DNA of 64,000 nt from Halothiobacillus sp. (GTDB lineage Bacteria; Pseudomonadota; Gammaproteobacteria; JAAZVP01), in NCBI GenBank assembly GCA_018623495.1, contig JAAZVP010000005.1, positions 1,218 through 65,217 of the forward strand, in the 5' to 3' direction. The translations under genes were made by a program, and so were the position numbers. Positions 22,376 through 30,725 of the stretch are shown in pieces. Each line of letters starts with the position of its first letter. Position 1 is the stretch's first letter. The notes under the pieces were generated by a model. The model was given only the letters and a program-made list of their open reading frames with translations. It was not told the origin of the DNA and ran no database searches.

Positions 22376-24223
22376 GTGTCCGCCGACTACCCCCTGCTGG
22401 AAACCATCGACAGCCCCGCCGACCTGCGTCGCCTCGGGCGGACGCGGCTGCCCGCGCTGGCCGAGGAGGTGCGCCGCTTCCTGCTGCATTCGCTGTCGCG
22501 CACCGGCGGCCACCTGGCCGCCAACCTGGGCACCGTCGAGCTCACCCTGGCCCTGCACCATGCCTTCGACACCCCGGCCGACCGGCTGGTCTGGGACGTG
22601 GGCCACCAGTGCTACACCCACAAGATCCTCACCGGCCGCCGCGAGCGCATGGACAGCCTGCGCCAGCGCGGCGGCCTGGCCGGCTTCCCCAGCCGCAGCG
22701 AGAGCGCCTTCGACGCCTTCGGCGTGGGCCATTCCAGCACCTCCATCAGCGCCGCGCTGGGCATGGCCCTGGGGGCCCGGGGTTCCGGCCGCAAGCACGT
22801 CGCCGTGATCGGCGACGGCGCCATGGGCGCGGGCATGGCCTTCGAGGCCCTGAACCATGCCGGCGACGTGGAGGCCGACCTGCTGGTGGTCCTCAACGAC
22901 AACGCCATGTCCATCAGTCCCAACGTGGGCGCGCTCAACAACCACCTCACCCGCCTGCTCTCGGGCCATGCCTACGCCCGCGTGCGCGAGGGCGGCAAGG
23001 CCTTCCTCGGCCACCTGCCCGGCGCGCGCGAGTTCGCCCGCCGCGCCGAGGAACACGTCAAGGGCATGCTCAGCCCGGCGACCCTGTTCGAGGAACTCGG
23101 CTTTCGCTACTTCGGCCCGGTGGACGGCCACGACGCCGTTGCCCTGCGCGACGTGCTGGCCAACCTGCGCGACCAACAGGGACCGCGGCTGCTGCACGTG
23201 GTCACCCGCAAGGGCCAGGGCTTCGAGCCCGCCGAGGCCGACCCCTGCCGCTACCACGGCGTGGGCCGCTTCGACCCCGACAGCGGCGAGCCCGAGGGTG
23301 GCGGCAAGCCGCGCAGCTTCACCGGGGTGTTCGGCGACTGGGCCTGCCAGGCCGCCGCGGCCGACGAACGCGTCGAGGTGATCACCCCCGCCATGCGCGA
23401 GGGCTCGGGGCTGGTGGACTTCGCCCGGCGCTTCCCGGAGCGCTTCCACGACGTGGGCATCGCCGAGCAGCACGCCGTCACCCTGGCCGGCGGCCTGGCC
23501 TGCGAGGGCCGCCGGCCGGTGCTGGCGATCTACTCCACCTTCCTCCAGCGGGCCATGGACCAGCTGATCCACGACATCGCCCTGCAGGGCCTGCCCGTGC
23601 TCTTCGCCATCGACCGCGCCGGGATCGTCGGCCCGGACGGCGCCACCCACGCCGGCCTGTTCGACCTGGCCTTCCTGCGCGCGATCCCGGGCATGCTGGT
23701 GATGGCACCGGCCGACGGCGAGGAATGCCGGCGCATGCTGGCCACCGGCCTGGCCCACGACGGCCCCGCGGCGGTGCGCTACCCCCGCGATGCCGCCGGC
23801 GACAACGACAGCGGCGCGACCGCCCCCCTGCCCCTGGGACGCTCGCGCACCCTGCGCGAGGGGCGCCGCGTGGCACTGCTCAACTTCGGCGCCCTGCTCG
23901 GCGGCGTCCGGGAGGCCGGCGAGACGCTGGATGCCACGGTGGTGGACATGCGCTTCGTCGCCCCGCTGGACACCGCCGCGCTGGCGGAACTCGCCGGGCG
24001 CCATGAACTGCTGGTCACCGTCGAGGACCATGTCATCCGGGGCGGGGCCGGCGGCGCGGTCGCCGAATGGCTGGAGGCCGCCGGCAGCGCGGCCGGACTG
24101 CTGCAGCTCGGCCTGCCGCACGCATTCCCGCCCCACGGCGGCCGCGGGGAACTGCTCGCCGAACTGGGCCTGGACGCCGCCGGCATCGTCGCGGCCGTGC
24201 ACCGACGGCTGGAAAATCCCTGA
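22376..24223 (+). CDS. dxs: 1-deoxy-D-xylulose-5-phosphate synthase
   Basis: 615 aa with the TPP-binding [18 protein letters not shown] motif and a transketolase-like domain. Confidence 0.95.
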   Translation: MSADYPLLETIDSPADLRRLGRTRLPALAEEVRRFLLHSLSRTGGHLAANLGTVELTLALHHAFDTPADRLVWDVGHQCYTHKILTGRRERMDSLRQRGGLAGFPSRSESAFDAFGVGHSSTSISAALGMALGARGSGRKHVAVIGDGAMGAGMAFEALNHAGDVEADLLVVLNDNAMSISPNVGALNNHLTRLLSGHAYARVREGGKAFLGHLPGAREFARRAEEHVKGMLSPATLFEELGFRYFGPVDGHDAVALRDVLANLRDQQGPRLLHVVTRKGQGFEPAEADPCRYHGVGRFDPDSGEPEGGGKPRSFTGVFGDWACQAAAADERVEVITPAMREGSGLVDFARRFPERFHDVGIAEQHAVTLAGGLACEGRRPVLAIYSTFLQRAMDQLIHDIALQGLPVLFAIDRAGIVGPDGATHAGLFDLAFLRAIPGMLVMAPADGEECRRMLATGLAHDGPAAVRYPRDAAGDNDSGATAPLPLGRSRTLREGRRVALLNFGALLGGVREAGETLDATVVDMRFVAPLDTAALAELAGRHELLVTVEDHVIRGGAGGAVAEWLEAAGSAAGLLQLGLPHAFPPHGGRGELLAELGLDAAGIVAAVHRRLENP

Positions 24224-24319
24224 CGAACCGCCGTTTGCCGGCCCCGGCCGGCTTCGCTATCATCTGCGCGCTTCGGGCACTGCCCCGCAATCCAGTTACC
24301 GGGAGATCCCGTCAAGGCC

Positions 24320-24697
24320 ATGGCCGGAACCTACACCCTACGCGTACACACCGACTTCGCCGCGGCCCACCGGCTGCTCGGCTACCCCGGCAACTGCAAC
24401 CGCCTGCACGGCCACAACTGGAAGGTCGAGGTGGAGGTCGCCGGCGAGCAGCTGGACGAGGTGGGCATGGTGGTGGACTTCAAGACCATCAAGCGCGCCG
24501 CCGGGACGGTGGCCGATCGGCTGGACCATGCCTATCTCAACGAGGTCCCGCCGTTCGACACCATCAATCCCACGGCCGAGAACATCGCGCGCTACTTCTT
24601 CCAGGAGTTGGGCGCGATCCTCGACGACGACCGGGCCCGGGTGCGAGCCGTGACCATCTGGGAGACCGACCGCGCCTGCGTCCGCTATACCGAGTGA
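24320..24697 (+). CDS. queD: 6-carboxy-5,6,7,8-tetrahydropterin synthase
   Basis: 125 aa in the PTPS family with CxxxHGH-type residues (NRLHGHNW). Confidence 0.85.
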   Translation: MAGTYTLRVHTDFAAAHRLLGYPGNCNRLHGHNWKVEVEVAGEQLDEVGMVVDFKTIKRAAGTVADRLDHAYLNEVPPFDTINPTAENIARYFFQELGAILDDDRARVRAVTIWETDRACVRYTE

Positions 24698-24706
24698 GGC
24701 CCGCCA

Positions 24707-25497
24707 TGCCAGAGCAGACCTGTTCCATCCCGGACATCCAGTCCACCGAGGACGCCCGCCGCATCGCCATCGACCGGGTGGGGATCAAGGACATCCGCCA
24801 CCCCGTCTACGTCCGCGACGCCCACGGCAACCGCCATCCCAGCGTGGCCCGCGTGAGCATGTACGTGAACCTGCCCCACGACCGCAAGGGCACGCACATG
24901 TCGCGCTTCGTGGCGATGCTCAACGAGGGCGAGGTGGAGGCCTCCATCCCCGCCTTCCACACCCTGCTCGAGACCATGACCGAGCGCCTCGAGGCCGACC
25001 GCGGCTACGTCGAGATGGCCTTCACCTACTTCATGGAGAAGGCCGCGCCGGTCTCGGGCCAGGCCAGCCTGATGGACTACGACGTCACCCTGGTGGGCGA
25101 GTCCGGCCCCGAGGACACCGAGGTCCGCCTGCGCCTGACCGTGCCGGTGACCAGCCTCTGCCCCTGCTCCAAGGAGATCTCCGAGTACGGCGCCCACAAC
25201 CAGCGCTCCCACATCCGCCTGGACGCGGTGGTGGACGACAGCGTGAGCATCGAGGGGTTGATCCACACCCTGGAGGCCGAGGGCTCCTGCGAGCTCTACG
25301 GGCTGCTCAAGCGGCCCGACGAGAAGCACATCACCGAGAAGGCCTACGAGAACCCCAAGTTCGTCGAGGACATGATCCGCGACGTGGCCGTGGCCCTGGA
25401 CCGCGAGAGTGGCCTGCGCGCCTACACCGTGGAGACCGAGAACTTCGAGTCCATCCACAACCACTCGGCCTACGCCTGCATCCGCCGCGAGGCGTAG
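24707..25497 (+). CDS. folE2: GTP cyclohydrolase FolE2 (type IB, MptA family)
   Basis: 263 aa from ATG 24707 (MPEQTCSIPDIQS...). Carries the conserved SLCPCSKEISEYGAHNQRS motif of GTP cyclohydrolase IB. The track's long upstream extension was rejected. Confidence 0.85.
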
Positions 25498-25555
25498 GCG
25501 AACCCCGCCCCCCGCGCCCCGCCGGGCCGCGGGATCGCGCCCCCGGACACGAAAA

Positions 25556-25588
25556 GGCCCGGCACCCTCGGGTGCCGGGCCTTTTTCC
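25556..25588. terminator. bidirectional rho-independent terminator (folE2 / bamC convergent)
   Basis: The stem ggcccggcaccc-tcg-ggtgccgggcc is flanked by AAAA on the left and TTTTT on the right, so it can terminate both strands. Confidence 0.7.
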
Positions 25589-25590
25589 GG

Positions 25591-25818
25591 TTCATCGCCC
25601 TTTGGCGTGGCATCCCTCGTCAGGACGCCGCAGAGGGCAATGTCTCTCGCCAGGGCGCCGGGGTGTCCGGATCGAAGGGGACTTCCTGTTGGCTCAGCGA
25701 TGGAAAGTGCGCTCGCGCACCCGGCAACCCCCGTAGGGGAAGGACAACGGCCCCGAAGGGGCGCGAAATCCCTGTCACGTCGCACATGCCTCCTGTTTCA
25801 CGGCAAAGTGCCGGTGAA
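25591..25818 (-). repeat. copy A of a ~230-bp non-coding repeat element (MITE-like / structured RNA candidate); minus strand matches copy B
   Basis: Its reverse complement aligns end-to-end at ~80% identity with 46526..46757. It has imperfect terminal inverted repeats (ttcaccggcactttgccgtg ... cacgccaaagggcgatgaa) and starts 3 nt after the terminator U-tract. No coding frame is conserved between the copies. Confidence 0.65.
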
Positions 25819-25853
25819 CCCTCTTGCTGCCCGACCCGCCGGGCGCGCCGCGG

Positions 25854-26960
25854 TCAGCGCAGGCGCTCGCTCAGGATCGAGCCCACCAGCCGTTCGGTCT
25901 CGGTCACGTCGGGATCGGAACCGAGCTCCATGGGCAGGATCTCGATGCCGCCGGCGTCGCGCTCCTTGACCACCAGCTTGAGCTCCAGCGGCTCGACGTC
26001 CTCGGGCGCCTCGGCGTCGAGTTGCTCCGAGGTCATGCGCCCACCCTGGGCGAGCACGTCCGGGCGGGGATGGCGCACGCGCAGCTCGCCGTCCTCGCGG
26101 TCGGCGGCGACGATGTCGAAGCCGGTGGTCTCCAGGGCACGGACCAGGCGGTTCCAGGCCAGCGTGCGGTTCTGCTCGACCACCACGCGGGTCTCGCCCT
26201 TCTCGCTGTCGTAGATCATCTCGGCTCGCGGGGCGAGCTCGGCCCGCGCCACCCGCGCCCGGGCGTCCTCCTGGGCCATGCCCAGGTGGACCATCAGGCG
26301 CACCAGGACCTCGTTCTCCAGCGCGGGATCGGGCTCGGCCGGCTCCCAGGTGAAGGTCTCCGCCTCGCCCATGGCGTTCTCCTCGCCCACGCGCTCCATG
26401 CGGCGATGACTGAGAAAGACGCGCGAACCGCCTCCCTCGCCGGGCTCGAGGCGCAGGCGCAGCTTGTCCTGAACGTCGGGGGCCGAGAAGGACTGCACGG
26501 CACGCATCAGCAGACCCTGCAGGCCCTCGCGTTCCGGCGCCCCGGCGCCGGTACCGCTCCATTGGGTCTCGATGATGCCCAGCGCCCGGTCCTTGCGGGC
26601 CACGACGTAGCCCTCGTCGGCGAGAAAGGCCTGGATCTCGCGCCAGACCTCCTGCGGCGGGGCCTCCACCTCGAGGTAACGGCGGTTGCCGGCGCGGGCG
26701 ATCTCCACTGACTCCGTGCCGGTAATCAGCCCGTCCGGCTGCTCGGCGGCCTGGCGCTCCATGGCCCGCGCCGAGGCCACCTCGGGAACGTAGGTGGCCG
26801 CTTCGGGGTCCGGGGCGGAGAGCGGCGGCGGCACCTCCAGGGCCGGCAGGGCCGCGCGGTCTTCCCCGCCGACCTTGCCGAACAGGCCGGTGTTGGAGCA
26901 GCCCGCCAGCAGGCCGGGGGCGGCGATCAATGCGATACGTGCGGTGTTTTTCCAGTACAT
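25854..26960 (-). CDS. bamC: outer membrane protein assembly factor BamC (NlpB) lipoprotein
   Basis: The lipobox LLAGCS follows a signal peptide. It sits downstream of dapA, the conserved dapA-nlpB position. Confidence 0.75.
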   Translation of the reverse strand: MYWKNTARIALIAAPGLLAGCSNTGLFGKVGGEDRAALPALEVPPPLSAPDPEAATYVPEVASARAMERQAAEQPDGLITGTESVEIARAGNRRYLEVEAPPQEVWREIQAFLADEGYVVARKDRALGIIETQWSGTGAGAPEREGLQGLLMRAVQSFSAPDVQDKLRLRLEPGEGGGSRVFLSHRRMERVGEENAMGEAETFTWEPAEPDPALENEVLVRLMVHLGMAQEDARARVARAELAPRAEMIYDSEKGETRVVVEQNRTLAWNRLVRALETTGFDIVAADREDGELRVRHPRPDVLAQGGRMTSEQLDAEAPEDVEPLELKLVVKERDAGGIEILPMELGSDPDVTETERLVGSILSERLR

Positions 26961-26972
26961 AGGGTTTCCGGT

Positions 26973-27848
26973 TCAGAGCAGCCCGGCGCCACGCAGCGCC
27001 TCGCGCAAGGGCTCGTGGAACTCATCGGCCAGCGGGGTCAGGGGCAGGCGGATGCCGGGACCGATCATGCCCATCTCGTAGAGCGCCCACTTGACCGGGA
27101 TCGGGCTGGTCTCGAAAAACAGGGCCGCGTGCACGGGCGCGAGGCGCTCGTCGATGGCATCGGCGGTCTCGCGGTCGCCCTTGAGCGCGGCGGCACACAT
27201 GGCGTGCATCGGCCCGGGAGCGACGTTGGCCGAGACCGAGATCACGCCCTTGCCGCCGGCGAGGATGGTCTCGCGAGCGATGTGGTCGTCGCCGCTGAAG
27301 ATGTCGACGCGGTCGCCGACCCGCTCCACCAGCTCGGCATTGCGCTCCACGCTGCCGCTGGCCTCCTTGAGGCCGACGATGTTGGAGATATCGGCCAGAC
27401 GCTCGACGGTCTCGGGCTTCATGTCCACGGCCGTGCGCCCGGGGACGTTGTACATGATCTGGGGCACTGCCGCGGCCTCGGCAATGGTGCGGAAGTGCTG
27501 GTAGAGGCCTTCCTGGGTCGGCTTGTTGTAGTAGGGGGTGACCAGCAGGCAGGCATCCACGCCGCTGCGCATGGCGGCCTGGGTGAGCTCCACCGCCTCG
27601 CCGGTGTTGTTGGCCCCGGTGCCGGCGATCACCGGCACGCGCCCGTCGACCATTTCCACGGTCCGGTCGATCACGTCGCGGTGCTCGGCGAAGCCCAGCG
27701 TGGACGATTCGCCGGTGGTGCCCACCGAGACGATGCCGTCGGTGCCGTTGTCGATGTGGAACTCGACGAGGCGCTCGAGGGCCTCGAAATCCACCTCCCC
27801 CTCCGCGGACATGGGGGTCACCAGCGCCACCAGGCTCCCGTGGAACAT
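26973..27848 (-). CDS. dapA: 4-hydroxy-tetrahydrodipicolinate synthase
   Basis: 291 aa beginning MFHGSLVALVTPM with the GTTGES motif. The catalytic lysine sequence context is present. Confidence 0.95.
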   Translation of the reverse strand: MFHGSLVALVTPMSAEGEVDFEALERLVEFHIDNGTDGIVSVGTTGESSTLGFAEHRDVIDRTVEMVDGRVPVIAGTGANNTGEAVELTQAAMRSGVDACLLVTPYYNKPTQEGLYQHFRTIAEAAAVPQIMYNVPGRTAVDMKPETVERLADISNIVGLKEASGSVERNAELVERVGDRVDIFSGDDHIARETILAGGKGVISVSANVAPGPMHAMCAAALKGDRETADAIDERLAPVHAALFFETSPIPVKWALYEMGMIGPGIRLPLTPLADEFHEPLREALRGAGLL

Positions 27849-28048
27849 CCTCTACCTCCAGGCTTCATGGAACCGCCGGCGAAGGCGCCGGCCGAACGGT
27901 CTCCGACGTGCATCCCCGGCATTCGGTGCCGGGCACAATCCCCGCATGTTACCCGTAGCCAAAAGCACGTGACAAGGCGCCATCACCGGCTTGCGACCGG
28001 GATCGACGCGTGCAAGGATTGGCCGCGCCCCAACCAGGAGAACCGCCG

Positions 28049-28519
28049 ATGACCGAGATCCGCGTGGGTCGGCCCGTGCCCGACTTCGAACTCCCCGCGA
28101 CCGGCGACCGGACCATCCGCCTGTCCGAGCTGCGCGGCCGCAACGTCGTGCTCTACTTCTATCCCAAGGACAACACCCCGGGATGCACCGCCGAGGGCCA
28201 GGACTTTCGCGACCGCCATGGCGCCTTCACGGCCCTGGACACGGTCATCCTGGGCGTCTCCCGCGACGGCCTGCGCGCCCACGAGAACTTCAAGGCCCGG
28301 CACGCCTTCCCCTTCGAGCTCCTCTCCGACAAGGACGAGACCGTCTGCCGCCTGTTCGACGTGATCCGCAAGAAGAAGATGTACGGCCGCGAATCCTGGG
28401 GCGTGGAGCGCTCCACCTTCCTGATCGACCGCGAGGGCATCCTGCACCGGGAATGGCGCAAGGTGCGGGTCAAGGGGCACGTGGACGAGGTGCTGGAGGC
28501 GACCCGCGAACTGGACTGA
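28049..28519 (+). CDS. bcp: thiol peroxidase Bcp (peroxiredoxin Q/BCP family)
   Basis: The start MTEIRVGRPVPDFELP is followed by the peroxidatic TPGCT motif. Confidence 0.9.
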   Translation: MTEIRVGRPVPDFELPATGDRTIRLSELRGRNVVLYFYPKDNTPGCTAEGQDFRDRHGAFTALDTVILGVSRDGLRAHENFKARHAFPFELLSDKDETVCRLFDVIRKKKMYGRESWGVERSTFLIDREGILHREWRKVRVKGHVDEVLEATRELD

Positions 28520-28528
28520 CCCGGCGCG

Positions 28529-29602
28529 TCAGCCGGGGGCGTCGAGCGCCTTCGGTTCGCGCCGCGGCCAGGAGTTGAGCACGGCCTGGAGCAGGCTCGC
28601 CAGGGGAATGGCGAAGAACACCCCCCAGACACCCCAGACCCCGCCGAAGAAGAGCACCGCGACGATGATCGCCACGGGGTGAAGGTTGACCACCTCGGAG
28701 AACAGCAGCGGCACCAGGATGTTGCCGTCGATGAACTGGATCACCCCGTAGGCGCCCACCAGGTAGAGGAACTCCGCCGACCAGCCCCACTGGAAGTAGC
28801 CCACCAGGGCCACCGGCAGGGTGACCACGATCGCCCCCACGTAGGGCACGATCACCGAAAGCCCCACCAGCGCCGAGAGCAGCATGGCGTAGTTCACGCC
28901 CAGCAGCTTGAAGGTGATGTAGCTGGCCACCCACACCAGCAGGATCTCGAGGAACTTGCCGCGCACGTAGCTGGCGATCTTGTCGTTCACCTCGTGCCAG
29001 ACCTGGGTGGCCAGGCCCCGCTGCGCCGGCAGGAAGCGACTGCCCCACACCAGGATGCGGTGCTTGTCCTTGAGAAAGAAGAAGGCCAGCAGGGGCACGA
29101 GCACGAGATAGACCAGGAAGGTCATCACGCCCACCACCGACGAGACCGACCAGGAGATCACCTTCTGGCCCAGCCCGGTGAGCTCGCTGCCGATGCTCTC
29201 GAGCCAGCGCCGCACCTGCTCCTCGGAGATGAAGTCGGGGTATTTCTCCGGCAGGGCGAGCAGGGCCTTCTGGCCCTGGGCCACCATGTCGGGCAACTCG
29301 CGGACGAACTGGGTGAGCTGCTGGGAAAGCAGCGGCACCAGGCCGAACAACACCACCAGCAAAAAGACCATGAACAGGGTGAAGACCACGGCCACGGCGA
29401 TGAACCGCGGCATCCGGAACCGCTGCAACTGGACCACGCCGCCATCGAGCAGGTAGGCGACCACCACGCCGGCGAGCACCGGGGCGAGCAGGTCGCCCAT
29501 GAAGACGATGACCGCCAGGCCGGTGAGCAGCAGCAGGGCCAGGATCACCACCTGGGGGTCGGTGAAGTGCCGCTGGTACCAGTCCTTGATGACGTCGATC
29601 AT
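28529..29602 (-). CDS. AI-2E family transporter (PerM/TqsA-like)
   Basis: Multi-TM protein starting MIDVIKDWYQRHF. The track's N-terminal extension was rejected. Confidence 0.8.
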   Translation of the reverse strand: MIDVIKDWYQRHFTDPQVVILALLLLTGLAVIVFMGDLLAPVLAGVVVAYLLDGGVVQLQRFRMPRFIAVAVVFTLFMVFLLVVLFGLVPLLSQQLTQFVRELPDMVAQGQKALLALPEKYPDFISEEQVRRWLESIGSELTGLGQKVISWSVSSVVGVMTFLVYLVLVPLLAFFFLKDKHRILVWGSRFLPAQRGLATQVWHEVNDKIASYVRGKFLEILLVWVASYITFKLLGVNYAMLLSALVGLSVIVPYVGAIVVTLPVALVGYFQWGWSAEFLYLVGAYGVIQFIDGNILVPLLFSEVVNLHPVAIIVAVLFFGGVWGVWGVFFAIPLASLLQAVLNSWPRREPKALDAPG

Positions 29603-29687
29603 GGCGAGGGTCGCCTCCGCGACCGGCAAGGCCGCTTGCTGGGGGTGTCCCGGGTGGCGTCGGGCGGTGCCGGCACCGGAAGCGGTG

Positions 29688-30617
29688 TCAGCCGGCGGTC
29701 TCGGCGGCTTCCTTGTCGGCGGCCTCGACACGCTGGCAATAGTCGCGGGCGAAGTCGAGCAGTTCTTCCATGGCCCGCAGGCGGAACTTGTGCCGCTGGC
29801 GGACGAAGGAGAAGTCGCGGGTCAGCGGCGGGTCGAGCGGGACGGCCTTGAGCAATCCCAGCTGTTCTTCCTTGGTGATGCCCACCTTGGACATGATGGA
29901 CAGGCCCATGCCGGCACGCACCGCCCCCTTGATGGCCTCCGGGCTGCCGAGCTCCATGCACACGTCCCAGCCCTGGGAGTAGCCGTGGTCCTTGAGGTAG
30001 CGCAGGACCACCTCGCGGGTCCCCGAGCCCTCCTCCCGGCAGATGAAGGGGTGCGGCATGAGCTGCTCGACCGAGAGCGTCTCGTTGTCGGCCAGCGGGT
30101 GGTCGGGCGGCATCACCACCATCAACTCGTCGGAGCGGCACTTCTCCACCAGCAGGTTCTTGTTGCCCACCTCGGACTCGACGATCGCCAGGTCGACCAC
30201 GTTGTGCTCGACCATGGAGACGATGTTGTCGGTGTTGCCCACCTTCAGGCGGACGTTGATGTCCTCGTTCTTGCGCTTGAAGTCGCCCAGCAGCGCCGGG
30301 AGCATGTTCTCCGCCACGGTCATGCTCGCCCCGAGGGTGAGCGCGCCGCCCACCTCGCCGGTCATCTCGCGCACCTTGTTCTCCATCTCCTCGTAGAGCT
30401 CGAAGATGCGGTCGGCAGACTCGTAGACCACCTGGCCCACGTCGGTGAGGCTGACCCGGTTGTGGGTGCGATCGAACAGGCGGGTGTTGAAATGCTCCTC
30501 GAGCTGGCGCACCTGGAAGGTGACTGCCGGCTGGGTCATGTGCAGGGCTTCGGCGGCCTTCGTGAAGCTCAGAAGGCGCGCGACGGTGTGAAAAACCTTG
30601 AGTCTGCGATCGGCCAT
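29688..30617 (-). CDS. LysR-family transcriptional regulator
   Basis: The N-terminal HTH LKVFHTVARLLSFTKAAEALHMTQPAVTFQVRQLEE is followed by a LysR substrate-binding domain. Confidence 0.85.
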   Translation of the reverse strand: MADRRLKVFHTVARLLSFTKAAEALHMTQPAVTFQVRQLEEHFNTRLFDRTHNRVSLTDVGQVVYESADRIFELYEEMENKVREMTGEVGGALTLGASMTVAENMLPALLGDFKRKNEDINVRLKVGNTDNIVSMVEHNVVDLAIVESEVGNKNLLVEKCRSDELMVVMPPDHPLADNETLSVEQLMPHPFICREEGSGTREVVLRYLKDHGYSQGWDVCMELGSPEAIKGAVRAGMGLSIMSKVGITKEEQLGLLKAVPLDPPLTRDFSFVRQRHKFRLRAMEELLDFARDYCQRVEAADKEAAETAG

Positions 30618-30725
30618 TGGGGCTTGGGTCCAGGTTGGTCAGACAAAAGCAGATTCGATCCTATATTACCAACGCGGTTTTATCCAAAAAAACACCGCCC
30701 CGGCCGGGGCGGCGTTGGATCGGCA

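Noticed and set aside
25591-25818. Known riboswitch or 6S RNA or retron msr-msd identity for the repeat element
   Set aside because: A gcccagtgg stretch vaguely resembles a cobalamin B12-box, but the other cobalamin core motifs are absent. The two copies do not sit in consistent 5'-leader positions. There is no reverse transcriptase nearby for a retron. The 6S-like closed-helix architecture is only generic. It is left as unclassified.
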